DNA from: Eledone cirrhosa
Taxonomy: Eukaryota
NCBI GenBank assembly: GCA_964016885.1
Contig: OZ024752.1
Span: 7,130,001 to 7,194,000 of the forward strand
Direction: 5' to 3'
DNA length: 64,000 bases
Shown here: in pieces, positions 13,288 to 27,724 of the stretch
Numbering within the stretch: the stretch's first letter is position 1
Layout: every line of letters begins with the position of its first letter
Program-made: the position numbers and the translations under genes
The notes under the pieces: generated by a model
The model's input: the letters and a program-made list of their open reading frames with translations, nothing else
What the model was told of the DNA's origin: nothing
Database searches by the model: none

Positions 13288-14304
13288 TTAATTGAAACAT
13301 TGTTTCTTTGATTCTATCTGAAAATTAACTTCTTTCTTTTCTTTATATCTATCAACACAGCTGTGACTGGCAGGTACTATTAGTAATAGAAGAATCAAAA
13401 GTCTCACAGACACAGCTTCTGCAAGGAATTGTGACTGGCAGGTACTATTAGTAATAGAAGAATCAAAAGTCTCACAGATAAATTTGGTCACAAAGATTTA
13501 TATAATGTTCAACTGCAAAGTTACCTTTTTCTTTATTGCTTAAAAAAGAAGGAACAGTGTCCCTGACTGATGGGAGGGAGATATCTACAAACGAGACACA
13601 TGATCTGAATACTTGCAGCAGAGTGGACCTTAGTTATCTTTGGCAGACCAAAGGTAACCAAGAATGATAGATTAGATTAAACCCCCCAAACGTATGCAGG
13701 CCACAGCACGTTTTTAGCTTTGAATGAAAAGAGCCAGAACAAATACCACAAGGAACCCTACCTGTGGCTCTAATAATGTCACTAAGCCATCAGCTTGGAC
13801 TGGTACTCTGTTTTATCGACTTCGGCTTCAAAAGAATGAAAAGTAAAGTTGACGTTGACAGGAGTGGAACTCAGAGTGTAGAGAGCCATAATAACTGCAA
13901 ATCATTTTATCCTAAACAAGCCAGCTAAATTCACTACATACTGTTGAAATGTTACCTGGAAAATAGCAACATTTAAAAGAAATCCTGCTCATCTTTCATC
14001 TGCTTTCTATAACGAAACTAGAGGAGAGCCATGCCAGAAACCCTTTAAACCTCTCTCGTTACATGTCTTCCAAGACAACTATTTTATCACAACCAAAAAT
14101 CAGAATCTTTATATATTTATAATTAATTTGACAGTTTGAAATAAACATTTTTTTTTATATTTGTTTTAATGTTTAAATGAGAGGAAATGAAATATTAAAT
14201 ATCAACAGTCTGGAATAACTAATGTTTTAGTTGGACTTGAATTATTTTAAATATTTCTATTTTACTACATTTTGATTGGTGGAAAATTTCTACTTCTGAT
14301 GCGT

Positions 14305-14490
14305 GTTATAGTTCACACCTGGTCTCAGGTGTTTTAACGACAGGGGTCCCAGTCCTACCATGTTACAGTTCACACCTGGTCTCAGGTGTTTCAACGACAG
14401 GGGTCCCAGTCCTACCATGTTACAGTTCACACCTGGTCTCAGGTGTTTTAATGACAGAGTCCCAGTTCTATCATGTTACAGTTCACACCT
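14305..14490. repeat. ~57-bp unit x3 (GTTCACACCTGGTCTCAGGTGTTTTAACGACAGGGGTCCCAGTCCTACCATGTTACA)
   Basis: Direct tandem copies; related sequence resumes at ~18511-18553 beyond the hAT insertion. Confidence 0.85.
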
Positions 14491-14504
14491 ATGTAGGTTT
14501 AACT

Positions 14505-17500
14505 CAGGGGTGTGCAACATATTCTGTTGTCACTTTTGAACAACTATTAGGGCCAGTCACTGTCACAAATATGCAATCTAATGAAAACCACAACTTCTTT
14601 CCATAACATGGAACTAGGAAATTATAACACACATAACCCTATCACTGAAGCCCTTTAGTATAGGTAAACTAGGAAATTATAACACACATAACCCTATCGC
14701 TGAAGCCCTTTAGTATAGGTCAACTGGGAAATTATAACACACATAACCCTATCACTGAAGCCCTTTAGTATAGGTCAACTGGGAAATTATAACACACATA
14801 ACCCTATCACTGAAGCCCTTTAGTATAGGTCAACTGGGATATTATAACACACATAACCCTATCACTGAAACCCTTTAGTATAGGTCAACTGGGATATTAT
14901 AACACACATAACCCTATCACTGAAGCCCTTTAGTATAGGTCAACTGGGACACTATAACACACATAACCCTATCACTGAAGCCCTTTAGTATAGGTCAACT
15001 GGGATATTATAACACACATAACCCTATCACTGAAGCCCTTTAGTATAGGTCAACTGGGATATTATAACACACATAATCCTATCACTGAAGCCCTTTAGTA
15101 TAGGTCAACTGGGATATTATAACACACATAACCCTATCACTGAAGCCCTTTAGTATAGGTCAACTGGGATATTATAACACACATAACCCTATCACTGAAG
15201 CCCTTTAGTATAGGTCAACTGGGATATTATAACACACATAACCCTATCACTGAAGCCCTTTAGTATAGGTCAACTGGGACACTATAACACACATAACCCT
15301 ATCACTGAAGCCCTTTAGTATAGGTCAACTGGGATATTATAACACACATAACCCTATCACTGAAGCCCTTTAGTATAGGTCAACTGGGATATTATAACAC
15401 ACATAACCCTATCACTGAAGCCCTTTAGTATAGGTCAACTGGGACACTATAACACACATAACCCTATCACTGAAGCCCTTTAGTATAGGTCAACTGGGAC
15501 ACTATAACACACATAACCCTATCACTGAAGCCCTTTAGTATAGGTCAACTGGGAAACTATAACACACATAACCCTATCAGTGAAGCCCTTTAGTATAGGT
15601 CAACTGGGAAACTATAACACACATAACCCTATCACTGAAGCCCTTTAGTATAGGTCAACTGGGATATTATAACACACATAACCCTATCACTGAAGCCCTT
15701 TAGTATAGGTCAACTGGGACACTATAACACACATAACCCTATCAGTGAAGCCCTTTAGTATAGGTCAACTGGGACACTATAACACACATAACCCTATCAC
15801 TGAAGCCCTTTAGTATAGGTCAACTGGGATATTATAACACACATAACCCTATCACTGAAGCCCTTTAGTATAGGTCAACTGGGACACTATAACACACATA
15901 ACCCTATCACTGAAGCCCTTTAGTATAGGTCAACTGGGATATTATAACACACATAACCCTATCACTGAAGCCCTTTAGTATAGGTCAACTGGGATATTAT
16001 AACACACATAATCCTATCACTGAAGCCCTTTAGTATAGGTCAACTGGGATATTATAACACACATAACCCTATCACTGAAGCCCTTTAGTATAGGTCAAGT
16101 GGGATATTATAACACACATAACCCTATCACTGAAGCCCTTTAGTATAGGTCAACTGGGATATTATAACACACATAACCCTATCACTGAAGCCCTTTAGTA
16201 TAGGTCAACTGGGATATTATAACACACATAACCCTATCACTGAAGCCCTTTAGTATAGGTCAACTGGGATATTATAACACACATAACCCTATCACTGAAG
16301 CCCTTTAGTATAGGTCAACTGGGACACTATAACACACATAACCCTATCACTGAAGCCCTTTAGTATAGGTCAACTGGGACACTATAACACACATAACCCT
16401 ATCACTGAAGCCCTTTAGTATAGGTCAACTGGGAAACTATAACACACATAACCCTATCAGTGAAGCCCTTTAGTATAGGTCAACTGGGAAACTATAACAC
16501 ATAACCCTATCACTGAAGCCCTTTAGTATAGGTCAACTGGGATATTATAACACACATAACCCTATCACTGAAGCCCTTTAGTATAGGTCAACTGGGACAC
16601 TATAACACACATAACCCTATCACTGAAGCCCTTTAGTATAGGTCAACTGAGACACTATAACACACATAACCCTATCACTGAAGCCCTTTAGTATAGGTCA
16701 ACTGGGACACTATAACACACATAACCCTATCACTGAAGCCCTTTAGTATAGGTCAACTGGGACACTATAACACACATAACCCTATCACTGAAGCCCTTTA
16801 GTATAGGTCAACTGGGACACTATAACACACATAACCCTATCACTGAAGCCCTTTAGTATAGGTCAACTGGGAAACTATAACACACATAACCCTATCAGTG
16901 AAGCCCTTTAGTATAGGTCAACTGGGAAACTATAACACACATAACCCTATCACTGAAGCCCTTTAGTATAGGTCAACTGGGATATTATAACACACATAAC
17001 CCTATCACTGAAGCCCTTTAGTATAGGTCAACTGGGACACTATAACACACACAACCCTATCACTGAAGCCCTTTAGTATAGGTCAACTGAGACACTATAA
17101 CACACATAACCCTATCACTGAAGCCCTTTAGTATAGGTCAACTGGGATATTATAACACACATAACCCTATCACTGAAGCCCTTTAGTATAGGTCAACTGG
17201 GACACTATAACACACATAACCCTATCACTGAAGCCCTTTAGTATAGGTCAACTGGGACACTATAACACACATAACCCTATCACTGAAGCCCTTTAGTATA
17301 GGTCAACTGGGATATTATAACACACATAACCCTATCACTGAAGCCCTTTAGTATAGGTCAACTGGGACACTATAACACACATAACCCTATCACTGAAGCC
17401 CTTTAGTATAGGTCAACTGGGATATTATAACACACATAACCCTATCACTGAAGCCCTTTAGTATAGGTCAACTGGGACACTATAACACACATAACCCTAT

Positions 17501-18502
17501 CACTGAAGCCCTTTAGTATAGGTCAACTGGGATATTATAACACACATAACCCTATCACTGAAGCCCTTTAGTATAGGTCAACTGGGACACTATAACACAC
17601 ATAACCCTATCAGTGAAGCCCTTTAGTATAGGTCAACTGGGATATTATAACACACATAACCCTATCACTGAAGCTCTTTAGTATAGGTCAACTGGGATAT
17701 TATAACACACATAACCCTATCACTGAAGCCCTTTAGTATAGGTCAACTGGGACACTATAACACACATAACCCTATCACTGAAGCCCTTTAGTATAGGTCA
17801 ACTGGGATATTATAACACACATAACCCTATCACTGAAGCCCTTTAGTATAGGTCAACTGGGACACTATAACACACATAACCCTATCACTGAAGCCCTTTA
17901 GTATAGGTCAACTGGGATATTATAACACACATAACCCTATCACTGAAGCCCTTTAGTATAGGTCAACTGGGACACTATAACACACATAACCCTATCACTG
18001 AAGCCCTTTAGTATAGGTCAACTGGGATATTATAACACACATAACCCTATCACTGAAGCCCTTTAGTATAGGTCAACTGGGACACTATAACACACATAAC
18101 CCTATCAGTGAAGCCCTTTAGTATAGGTCAACTGGGATATTATAACACACATAACCCTATCACTGAAGCCCTTTAGTATAGGTCAACTGGGATATTATAA
18201 CACACATAACCCTATCACTGAAGCCCTTTAGTATAGGTCAACTGGGATATTATAACACACATAACCCTATCACTGAAGCCCTTTAGTATAGGTCAACTGG
18301 GATATTATAACACACACAACCCTATCACTGAAGCCCTTTAGTATAGGTCAACTGAGGTCAACTAACAGAAAATTGTATTACGGTTATGAAAAAAATTCTA
18401 AATAAGCTTACAAGGTAAAAATTAAAAACAGTCATCACGGGCCACTCTGACTGGTCTGGTGGGTCAGATTGTGGCCTGTGGGCCACCTGTTGTAGGCCCC
18501 TG
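14505..18502. mobile_element. Non-autonomous hAT (Charlie-like) element enclosing a satellite array
   Basis: Ends CAGGGGTGTGCAAC and GTTGTAGGCCCCTG (imperfect TIR); 8-bp TSD GTTTAACT/GGTTAACT (7/8 match); subterminal GGCCTGTGGGCC resembles the Charlie-type GGCCCGCGGGCC motif. Confidence 0.75.
14612..18355. repeat. Satellite array, 55-bp unit (CCCTTTAGTATAGGTCAACTGGGATATTATAACACACATAACCCTATCACTGAAG), ~68 copies
   Basis: Direct tandem periodicity, highly homogeneous. Confidence 0.97.
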
Positions 18503-18894
18503 GGTTAACTGGTTTCTCAAGTGTTTTAGAAGAAGGGCCCCAGTCCTACCATGAAAAGGATGCTGGTGCTTCATCTGGAGTAGTGTGAAATGAAGTGACA
18601 AAGATATGTGACATGTGGTCAGCCAAGAATTGAACCCATCGCTTTATGGCAGCGACTCCAACACACTAACCACTAAACCACTTGATTACTGTTGTCTTCC
18701 TTCCTTCTGAGTACAAATCATGATGTGGTGGACTTCATCCATTACCCAGTTTAGTACTACACCCTGGCCCATGGATACCAGTAGCAGAGGCCACCCCGTT
18801 GTAAGCAGGCCAGGCCTCCCCATTGTAAGCAGGCCAGGCCACCATATTGAGGGTATCTTCCCTCCCTTCCAGTCTTATAGGATCTAAAAACCTG

Positions 18895-19265
18895 GTGCTA
18901 ATGGTGGTTATGGTTGTGATGGTAATGGTAGTGATGATGGTGGTGGTGGTAATGGTAGTGATGATGGTGGTGGTGGTGGTGGTAGTGATGATGGTGATGG
19001 TGGTGGTGGTGGTAGTGATGATGGTGGTAGTGGTGGTGGTGGTAGTGGTAGTGATGATGATGATGGTGGTGGAAGTGATGGTAGTGGTGGTGATGGTGGT
19101 GATGGTGATGGTGATGACGATGGCAGTGGTGATGAATACAATGATGATGGCTACATTGATTGCAGTGATGATGGTGATGATGGCTGCAGTGATGGTAATG
19201 GTGGTGGTGGTGATTGTTCCATTGACTGCAGTGGTCTCCATATTTCTCACAACAATGGTGACAAT
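18895..19265. repeat. (GGT/GAT)n trinucleotide tract
   Basis: Low-complexity tract; source of the poly-V/H/T ORFs. Confidence 0.95.
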
Positions 19266-19734
19266 GAAGAAGATCAATTTTTTGAAATATTAATTCCTGG
19301 CTTATTTCAATGTCTGACGTCATTGCCTCTCTCCCAGGAATGGTGTGACATTGATTGGAATATATGTAATCAGCTGAAATAGCACCTTTAATTTAGCTAC
19401 CACCCACTTGGGTATAAACAAGGTGATTTCATTCAGCTAAGAGGCTACATACATCATCAATAACAAAATGTCTGGTCAGCTATTGATACCGAGGAATCAA
19501 TTGATTTCATGTGGATATTTCCAAGGGGGAGAACACAACTTCCAAAGTGAAAGTAGAAGAGGAGAACACAGCTTCCAAAGTGTAATCATAGAATATAAAA
19601 TATCTTTTGGTTTAATTAACAAATTGGTTTCCACACCTAAATTTCAAGACACCACCAAAATTAGATTTGCCTACAACATGGACTTTTTAATAATTAACTT
19701 CTTAGAATAAACTTCTCAGTACTAAATAAGATAA

Positions 19735-22700
19735 ATCTCTAGACTGGGTACTGGTTAATAGATGTCTCTGTAGTCTGGGTACTGGTTAATAGATGTCGCT
19801 GTAGTCTGGGTACTGGTTAATAGATGTCTCTAGACTGGGTACGGGTTTATAGATGTCTCTGTAGTCTGGGTACTGGTTAATAGATGTCTCTGTAGTCTGG
19901 GTACTGGTTAATAGATGTCTCTGTAGTCTGGCTACTGGTTTATAGATGTCTCTGTAGACTGGGTACTGGTTTATAGATGTCGCTGTAGTCTGGGTACTGG
20001 TTAATAGATGTCTCTCTAGACTTGGTACTGGTTAATAGATGTCTCTGTAGACTGGGTACTGGTTAATAGATGTCGCTGTAGTCTGGGTACTGGTTTATAG
20101 ATGTCTCTGTAGTCTGGGTAATAGACGTCTCTGTAGTCTGGGTACTGGTTTATAGATGTCTCTGTAGTCTGGGTACTGGTTTATAGATGTCTCTAGACTG
20201 GGTACTGGTTAATAGATGTCTCTAGACTGGGTACTGGTTAATAGATGTCTCTGTAGTCTGGGTACTGGTTTATAGATGTCTCTCTAGACTGGGTGCTGGT
20301 TAATAGATGTCTCTGTAGTCTGGGTACTGGTTTATAGATGTCGCTGTAGTCTGGGTACTGGTTAATAGAGGTCTCTGTAGTCTGGGTACTGGTTAATAGA
20401 TGTCTCTGTAGTCTGGGTACTGGTTAATAGATGTCTCTGTAGTCTGGGTACTGGTTAATAGATGTCTCTGTAGTCTGGGTACTGGTTAATAGATGTCTCT
20501 GTAGTCTGGGTACTGGTTTATAGATGTCGCTGTAGTCTGGGTACTGGTTAATAGATGTCGCTGTAGTCTGGGTACTGGTTAATAGATGTCTCTGTAGTCT
20601 GGGTACTGGTTAATAGATGTCTCTGTAGTCTGGGTACTGGTTAATAGATGTCTCTGTAGTCTGGGTACTGGTTAATAGATGTCTCTGCAGTCTGGGTACT
20701 GGTTAATAGATGTCTCTGTAGTCTGGGTACTGGTTTATAGATGTCTCTAGACTGGGTACTGGTTAATAGATGTCTGTAGTCTGGGTACTGGTTAATAGAT
20801 GTCTCTGTCGTCTGGGTACTGGTTAATAGATGTCTCTGTCGTCTGGGTACTGGTTAATAGATGTCTCTGTAGTCTGGGTACTGGTTAATAGATGTCTCTG
20901 TAGTCTGGGTACTGGTTTATAGATGTCGCTGTAGTCTGGGTACTGGTTTATAGATGTCGCTGTAGTCTGGGTACTGGTTTATAGATGTCGCTGTAGTCTG
21001 GGTACTGGTTAATAGATGTCTCTGTAGTCTGGGTACTGGTTAATAGATGTCTCTGTAGTCTGGGTACTGGTTAATAGATGTCTCTGTAGTCTGGGTACTG
21101 GTTAATAGATGTCTCTGTAGTCTGGGTACTGGTTTATAGATGTCTCTCTAGACTGGGTACTGGTTAATAGATGTCTCTGTAGTCTGGGTACTGGTTTATA
21201 GATGTCTCTGTAGTCTGGGTACTGGTTAATAGATGTCTCTGTAGTCTGGGTACAGGTTTATAGATGTCGCTGTAGTCTGGGTACTGGTTTATAGATGTCG
21301 CTGTAGTCTGGGTACTGGTTTATAGATGTCGCTGTAGTCTGGGTACTGGTTTATAGATGTCTCTGTAGTCTGGGTACTGGTTAATAGATGTCTCTGTAGT
21401 CTGGGTACTGGTTAATAGATATCTCTGTAGTCTGGGTACTGGTTAATAGATGTCTCTGTAGTCTGGGTACTGGTTTATAGATGTCTCTGTACTCTGGGTA
21501 CTGGTTAATAGATGTCTCTGTAGTCTGGGTACTGGTTAATAGATGTCTCTGTAGTCTGGGTAATAGATGTCTCTGTAGTCTGGGTACTGGTTAATAGATG
21601 TCGCTGTAGTCTGGGTACTGGTTTATAGATGTCTCTGTAGACTGGGTACTGGTTTATAGATGTCGCTGTAGTCTGGGTACTGGTTAATAGATGTCGCTGT
21701 AGTCTGGGTACTGGTTAATAGATGTCGCTGTAGTCTGGGTACTGGTTAATAGATGTCGCTGTAGTCTGGGTACTGGTTAATAGATGTCGCTGTAGTCTGG
21801 GTACTGGTTAATAGATGTCGCTGTAGTCTGGGTACTGGTTAATAGATGTCGCTGTAGTCTGGGTACTGGTTAATAGATGTCGCTGTAGTCTGGGTACTGG
21901 TTAATAGATGTCTCTGTAGTCTGGGTACTGGTTAATAGATGTCTCTGTAGTCTGGGTACTGGTTAATAGATGTCTCTGTAGTCTGGGTACTGGTTAATAG
22001 ATGTCTCTGTAGTCTGGGTACTGGTTAATAGATGTCTCTGTAGTCTGGGTACTGGTTAATAGATGTCTCTGTAGTCTGGGTACTGGTTAATAGATGTCTC
22101 TGTAGTCTGGGTACTGGTTAATAGATGTCTCTCTAGTCTGGGTACTGGTTAATAGATGTCTCTGTAGTCTGGGTACTGGTTAATAGATGTCTCTGTAGTC
22201 TGGGTACTGGTTAATAGATGTCTCTGTAGTCTGGGTACTGGTTAATAGATGTCTCTGTAGTCTGGGTACTGGTTAATAGATGTCTCTGTAGTCTGGGTAC
22301 TGGTTAATAGATGTCTCTCTAGACTGGGTACTGGTTAATAGATGTCTCTCTAGACTGGGTACTGGTTAATAGATGTCTCTCTAGACTGGGTACTGGTTAA
22401 TAGATGTCTCTAGTCTGGGTACTGGTTTATAGATGTCTCTAGTCTGGGTACTGGTTTATAGATGTCTGTAGTCTGGGTACTGGTTTATAGATGTCTCTGT
22501 AGTCTGGGTACTGGTTTATAGATGTCTCTGTAGTCTGGGTACTGGTTTATAGATGTCTCTGTAGTCTGGGTACTGGTTTATAGATGTCTCTGTAGTCTGG
22601 GTACTGGTTTATAGATGTCTCTGTAGTCTGGGTACTGGTTTATAGATGTCTCTGTAGTCTGGGTACTGGTTTATAGATGTCTCTGTAGTCTGGGTACTGG

Positions 22701-24425
22701 TTTATAGATGTCTCTGTAGTCTGGGTACTGGTTTATAGATGTCTCTGTAGTCTGGGTACTGGTTTATAGATGTCTCTGTAGTCTGGGTACTGGTTTATAG
22801 ATGTCTCTGTAGTCTGGGTACTGGTTTATAGATGTCTCTGTAGTCTGGGTACCGGTTTATAGATGTCTCTGTAGTCTGGGTACTGGTTTATAGATGTCTC
22901 TGTAGTCTGGGTACTGGTTTATAGATGTCTCTGTAGTCTGGGTACTGGTTTATAGATGTCTCTGTAGTCTGGGTACTGGTTTATAGATGTCTCTGTAGTC
23001 TGGGTACTGGTTTATAGATGTCTCTGTAGTCTGGGTACTGGTTTATAGATGTCTCTGTAGTCTGGGTACTGGTTTATAGATGTCTCTGTAGTCTGGGTAC
23101 TGGTTTATAGATGTCTCTGTAGTCTGGGTACTGGTTTATAGATGTCTCTGTAGTCTGGGTACTGGTTTATAGATGTCTCTGTAGTCTGGGTACTGGTTAA
23201 TAGATGTCGCTGTAGTCTGGGTACTGGTTAATAGATGTCGCTGTAGTCTGGGTACTGGTTAATAGATGTCGCTGTAGTCTGGGTACTGGTTAATAGATGT
23301 CGCTGTAGTCTGGGTACTGGTTAATAGATGTCGCTGTAGTCTGGGTACTGGTTAATAGATGTCGCTGTAGTCTGGGTACTGGTTAATAGATGTCGCTGTA
23401 GTCTGGGTACTGGTTAATAGATGTCTCTGTAGTCTGGGTACTGGTTAATAGATGTCGCTGTAGTCTCGGTACTGGTTAATAGATGTCGCTGTAGTCTGGG
23501 CACTGGTTAATAGATGTCGCAGTAGTCTGGGTACTGGTTTATAGATGTCTCTGTAGTCTGGGTACTGGTTTATAGATGTCTCTGTAGACTGGGTACTGGT
23601 TTATAGATGTCTCTGTAGTCTGGGTACTGGTTAATAGATGTCTCTGTAGACTGGGTACTGGTTTATAGATGTCTCTGTAGTCTGGGTACTGGTTTATAAA
23701 GGTCTCTGTAGACTGGGTACTGGTTTATAGATGTCTCTAGACTGGGTACTGGTTAATAGATGTCTCTGTAGTCTGGGTACTGGTTTATAGATGTCTCTGT
23801 AGTCTGGGTACTGGTTTATAAAGGTCTCTGTAGACTGGGTACTGGTTTATAAAGGTCTCTGTAGACTGGGTACTGGTTTATAGATGTCTCTAGACTGGGT
23901 ACTGGTTAATAGATGTCTCTGTAGTCTGGGTACTGGTTTATAAAGGTCTCTAGTCTGGGTACTGGTTTATAAAGGTCTCTGTAGTCTGGGTACTGGTTAA
24001 TAGATGTCTCTGTAGACTGGGTACTGGTTTATAGATGTCTCTGTAGTCTGGGTACTGGTTAATAGATGTCTCTGTAGACTGGGTACTGGTTAATAGATGT
24101 CTCTGTAGACTGGGTACTGGTTTATAGATGTCTCTCTAGACTGGGTACTGGTTTATAAAGGTCTCTGTAGACTGGGTACTGGTTTATAAAGGTCTCTAGA
24201 CTGGGTACTGGTTAATAGATGTCTCTGTAGTCTGGGTACTGGTTTATAGATGTCTCTGTAGTCTGGGTACTGGTTAATAGATGTCTCTGTAGTCTGGGTA
24301 CTGGTTAATAGATGTCTCTGTAGTCTGGGTACTGGTTAATAGATGTCTCTGTAGTCTGGGTACTGGTTTATAGATGTCTCTGTAGTCTGGGTACTGGTTA
24401 ATAGATGTATCTCCAGTCTGGGTAC
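19735..24425. repeat. Satellite array, 31-bp unit (GTAGTCTGGGTACTGGTTAATAGATGTCTCT), ~150 copies
   Basis: Direct tandem periodicity with blocks of sequence variants. Confidence 0.97.
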
Positions 24426-24467
24426 ATAATGGGTTATATGTCTATTGTCTGATTATACTGTATGATT

Positions 24468-25041
24468 TTGGATGGTAGACTGTCACCCAGTTTAACTAAA
24501 CCACCTCACCCTTGGATGGTAGACAGTCTGTCACCCAGTTTAACTAAACCACCTGACCCTTGGATGGTAGACAGTCTGTCACCCAGTTTAACTAAACCAC
24601 CTGACCCTTGGATGGTAGACAGTGTCACCCAGTTTAACTAAACCACCTGACCCTTGGATGGTAGACAGTGTCACCCAGTTTAACTAAACCACCTCACCCT
24701 TGGATGGTAGACAGTGTCACCCAGTTTAACTAAACCACCTGACCCTTGGATGGTAGACAGTGTCACCCAGTTTAACTAAACCACCTGACCCTTGGATGGT
24801 AGACAGTGTCACCCAGTTTAACTAAACCACCTGACCCTTGGATGGTAGACAGTCTGTCACCCAGTTTAACTAAACCACCTGACCCTTGGATAGTAGACAG
24901 TCTGTCACCCAGTTTAACTAAACCACCTGACCCTTGGATGGTAGACAGTCTGTCACCCAGTTTAACTCGACCACCTGACCCTTGGATGGTAGACAGTCTG
25001 TCACCTAGTTTAACTAAACCACCTGACCCTTGGATGGTAGA
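24468..25041. repeat. 44/48-bp minisatellite (TGTCACCCAGTTTAACTAAACCACCTGACCCTTGGATGGTAGACAG[TC]), ~12 copies
   Basis: Direct tandem periodicity. Confidence 0.95.
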
Positions 25042-25701
25042 TTTAGTAGAATCCACTTTCATGTCGACAATGATGGTGATGATGACAACGATTATGATGA
25101 TGATGATAGAATATTCTTACATTCATTTCTATCCTATTTTATATTCTGACATTGTAGGAGAGATTATGGTAATGTGATGGAGAAAGAGATTTTATTTAAC
25201 AAAAATTGAATTAGAAGAATTTGCCATAACTTTCGCTAAATAATCTAATAATAATATTGAGGTGTAGAAACTCACTGAAGAGAAAATATTTCTACTTCGT
25301 TATATAAACCAAATAATTTCAGCTAGGTGGACAGGGTTAACGAGTGTTTCAGTTAAAAGCTGTGATTTCTAGACATGCTTACATTCAACTAAATACATAC
25401 TAAGATCAGATCTAGCTGTCGAAAAAGCCGGAGCTCAGTCTTCGGGGTCCCAACTCTTTTCCTATTACCCACTCTACTACCCTAAGTATTGAATACTCTG
25501 GTGCATTATGGTCCACCTGGTATCTTACCATACTTACTTTGTACATACTGAGAGAGATATAGACATATATGAAACAGACAATCACTGCATCATTTTCTTA
25601 CTCTATTAACACAAACACTATAATCTTCAAATATTTTTTTTATTTAAATAATCGAGAATTTAGAGGGATTTAGAAAAATAACTTTCATTATTGTTGATAA
25701 A

Positions 25702-25830
25702 ATAGGGTGGTGGATAGGCAGTATTGATAGAGCGGTGGGCACTATAGGGTGGTGAATAGGCAGTATTGATAGAGCGGTGGGCACTATAGGGTGGTGGATA
25801 GGCAGTATTGATAGAGCGGCGGGCACTATG
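25702..25830. repeat. 42-bp unit x3
   Basis: ATAGGGTGGTGGATAGGCAGTATTGATAGAGCGGTGGGCACT repeated. Confidence 0.9.
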
Positions 25831-25934
25831 CGATGGTGTTTGGAAAATAACTTAAAGGTAATGTTTTTACATAAACTTAAAGGTAAAGTTTTTACATAAA
25901 ATTAAAATGACAGGTTTATAATATAAACACTTTA

Positions 25935-26190
25935 AAATAAACATCTTAACAGGACCATGGCCAGTTTCAGGCAGTTTAGTATCAATATAAACAGCTTCAT
26001 AACAGAACCATGGCCAATTTCAGGCAGTTTAATATCAAAATAAACAGCTTCATAACAGAATCAAGGCCAGTTTCAGACAGTTTAATATCAAAATAAACAG
26101 CTTTGTAACAGAATCAAGGCCAGTTTCAGCCAGTTTAGTAACAATATAAACAGCTTTGTAACAGAATCAAGGCCATTTTCAGCCAATTTG
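25935..26190. repeat. ~53-bp unit x~5, diverged
   Basis: ATAAACAGCTTCATAACAGAATCAAGGCCAGTTTCAG..CAGTTTAATATCA repeated. Confidence 0.85.
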
Positions 26191-26681
26191 CTGTCAAAAG
26201 GGTTACATGGAGACAAGTTATCTACCAACATCTGATAAACAAACATATTTTCAGTAAATTTCTGAAAACATCAAATGTTTGGAAAACTACAACATATTTC
26301 TCTATCTTCCATATATATATATATATATATATATATACTACTTTAATCATATCTTTTGGCAAAAAACGGTTATTCTAATCAGAATTAGTGCCAAGTAAAC
26401 TGCCAGATCTATATTAGACTACAAAGAAATAGAAAATGGAATTGATGGTAAATTCCAAATATATTCCGTCAATATTACACCCCTCCCCCACCCCATACAC
26501 CCACCCACACTACGGAATCCACTTCTGATGGCAATTATGATGGTAATGATGATTTAATAATGTTAACCCTTTGGAAATCTAACCCAATGAAACTGTCATT
26601 TTACAATTCTAAGTTGTTCATTTTAAAATGTTTATATTTCTCTAAATACCTTCCATCATAATTTTATGTAAAAACCTTTAA

Positions 26682-26902
26682 CCCTTTAGCATTTAAACCA
26701 GCCATATCCAGTCAGAATTCTCTCACCTCTTTCTGTTTAAACCAGCCATAACTGGCTGCTCATACTGACGTTAAGGTATTGTTCTTAAAATAAATAATAT
26801 CAAAATCTCATAGATTCAATATTATATGAGATAATTATGTAAAATAAAGCCTTTACTACAAAAATACAATAGTATATATGGAGTAATATAAATGCTAAAG
26901 GG
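26682..26902 (+). mobile_element. piggyBac-type MITE family A, copy 3 (single unit), nested in a family B MITE
   Basis: Perfect 14-bp TIRs CCCTTTAGCATTTA/TAAATGCTAAAGGG, TTAA on both sides; flanks rejoin as the family B motif AACCTT(TG)TTAAGTTATG. Confidence 0.92.
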
Positions 26903-26924
26903 TTAAGTTATGTCCCAAACCCCC

Positions 26925-27260
26925 CCCCCTGGTTCTATGATACAAGACTGTTTGTTTTAAAGTGTTTATATTTCTCTAAACTTCCATCATAATTTTACGT
27001 AAGAACATATGTTATGTTATGTTCCAAACACCCTTAGTTTTAAAGTGTTTATATTTATCTAAGAATCTTCCATCATAATTTTACGTAAGAACATATGTTA
27101 TGTTATGTTCCAAACACCCTTAGTTTTAAAGTGTTTATATTTATCTAAGAACCTTCCATCATAATTTTATGGAAGAACCTTTGTTAAGTTATGTTCCAAA
27201 CACCAGATAAATGACGAGGAAGTTAATTAAGTTGTTCAAAATTCTTGATTATTTTTAAAA
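26925..27260 (+). mobile_element. MITE family B segment with ~86-bp internal tandem triplication
   Basis: TTTTAAAGTGTTTATATTT..CTTCCATCATAATTTTA..AAGAAC..TTATGTTCCAAACACC occurs 3 times in tandem. Confidence 0.7.
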
Positions 27261-27724
27261 TCTATTGAAGATCTATCTACAAGATACACATGAAATAAAG
27301 ATTACCTGTTCAAGTCATTAAACAGAACGTCATACCTATTTGCTTTACAACCACAGTTTCAAGTTGTATCTCACTGTACGACACCTTGAGCAAGTGTTTA
27401 TGCCTTAGACTGATCAATGCCACAAACATTGGTTTATGTTCCACAGAGCTGGACTTACCTATTTTAAGGCCACACACCCTCGAGGACCTCATTTTTAAAA
27501 TATATTTTTTATTTTATTATTAATTTTTCTTCATCAAAAATTACAAAATGTATACTAACATTACCAAATTCTCTGCACATGGTTGTTCCACTCGGAACAC
27601 TGCTAGGAGATCAGAACCGTAGAAACTGATGCATCGGTCCAGGTATTTCAAGTATCGAACGCCAACAAAGTTGACTTCCTCACTGATTAATGTATGTTTG
27701 CACTCTAACCAGTTGAGTTTGAAT

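Noticed and set aside
14612-18355. CRISPR-like appearance of regular arrays (also the 29-, 31- and 69-bp arrays)
   Set aside because: No unique spacers, no cas genes, eukaryotic context
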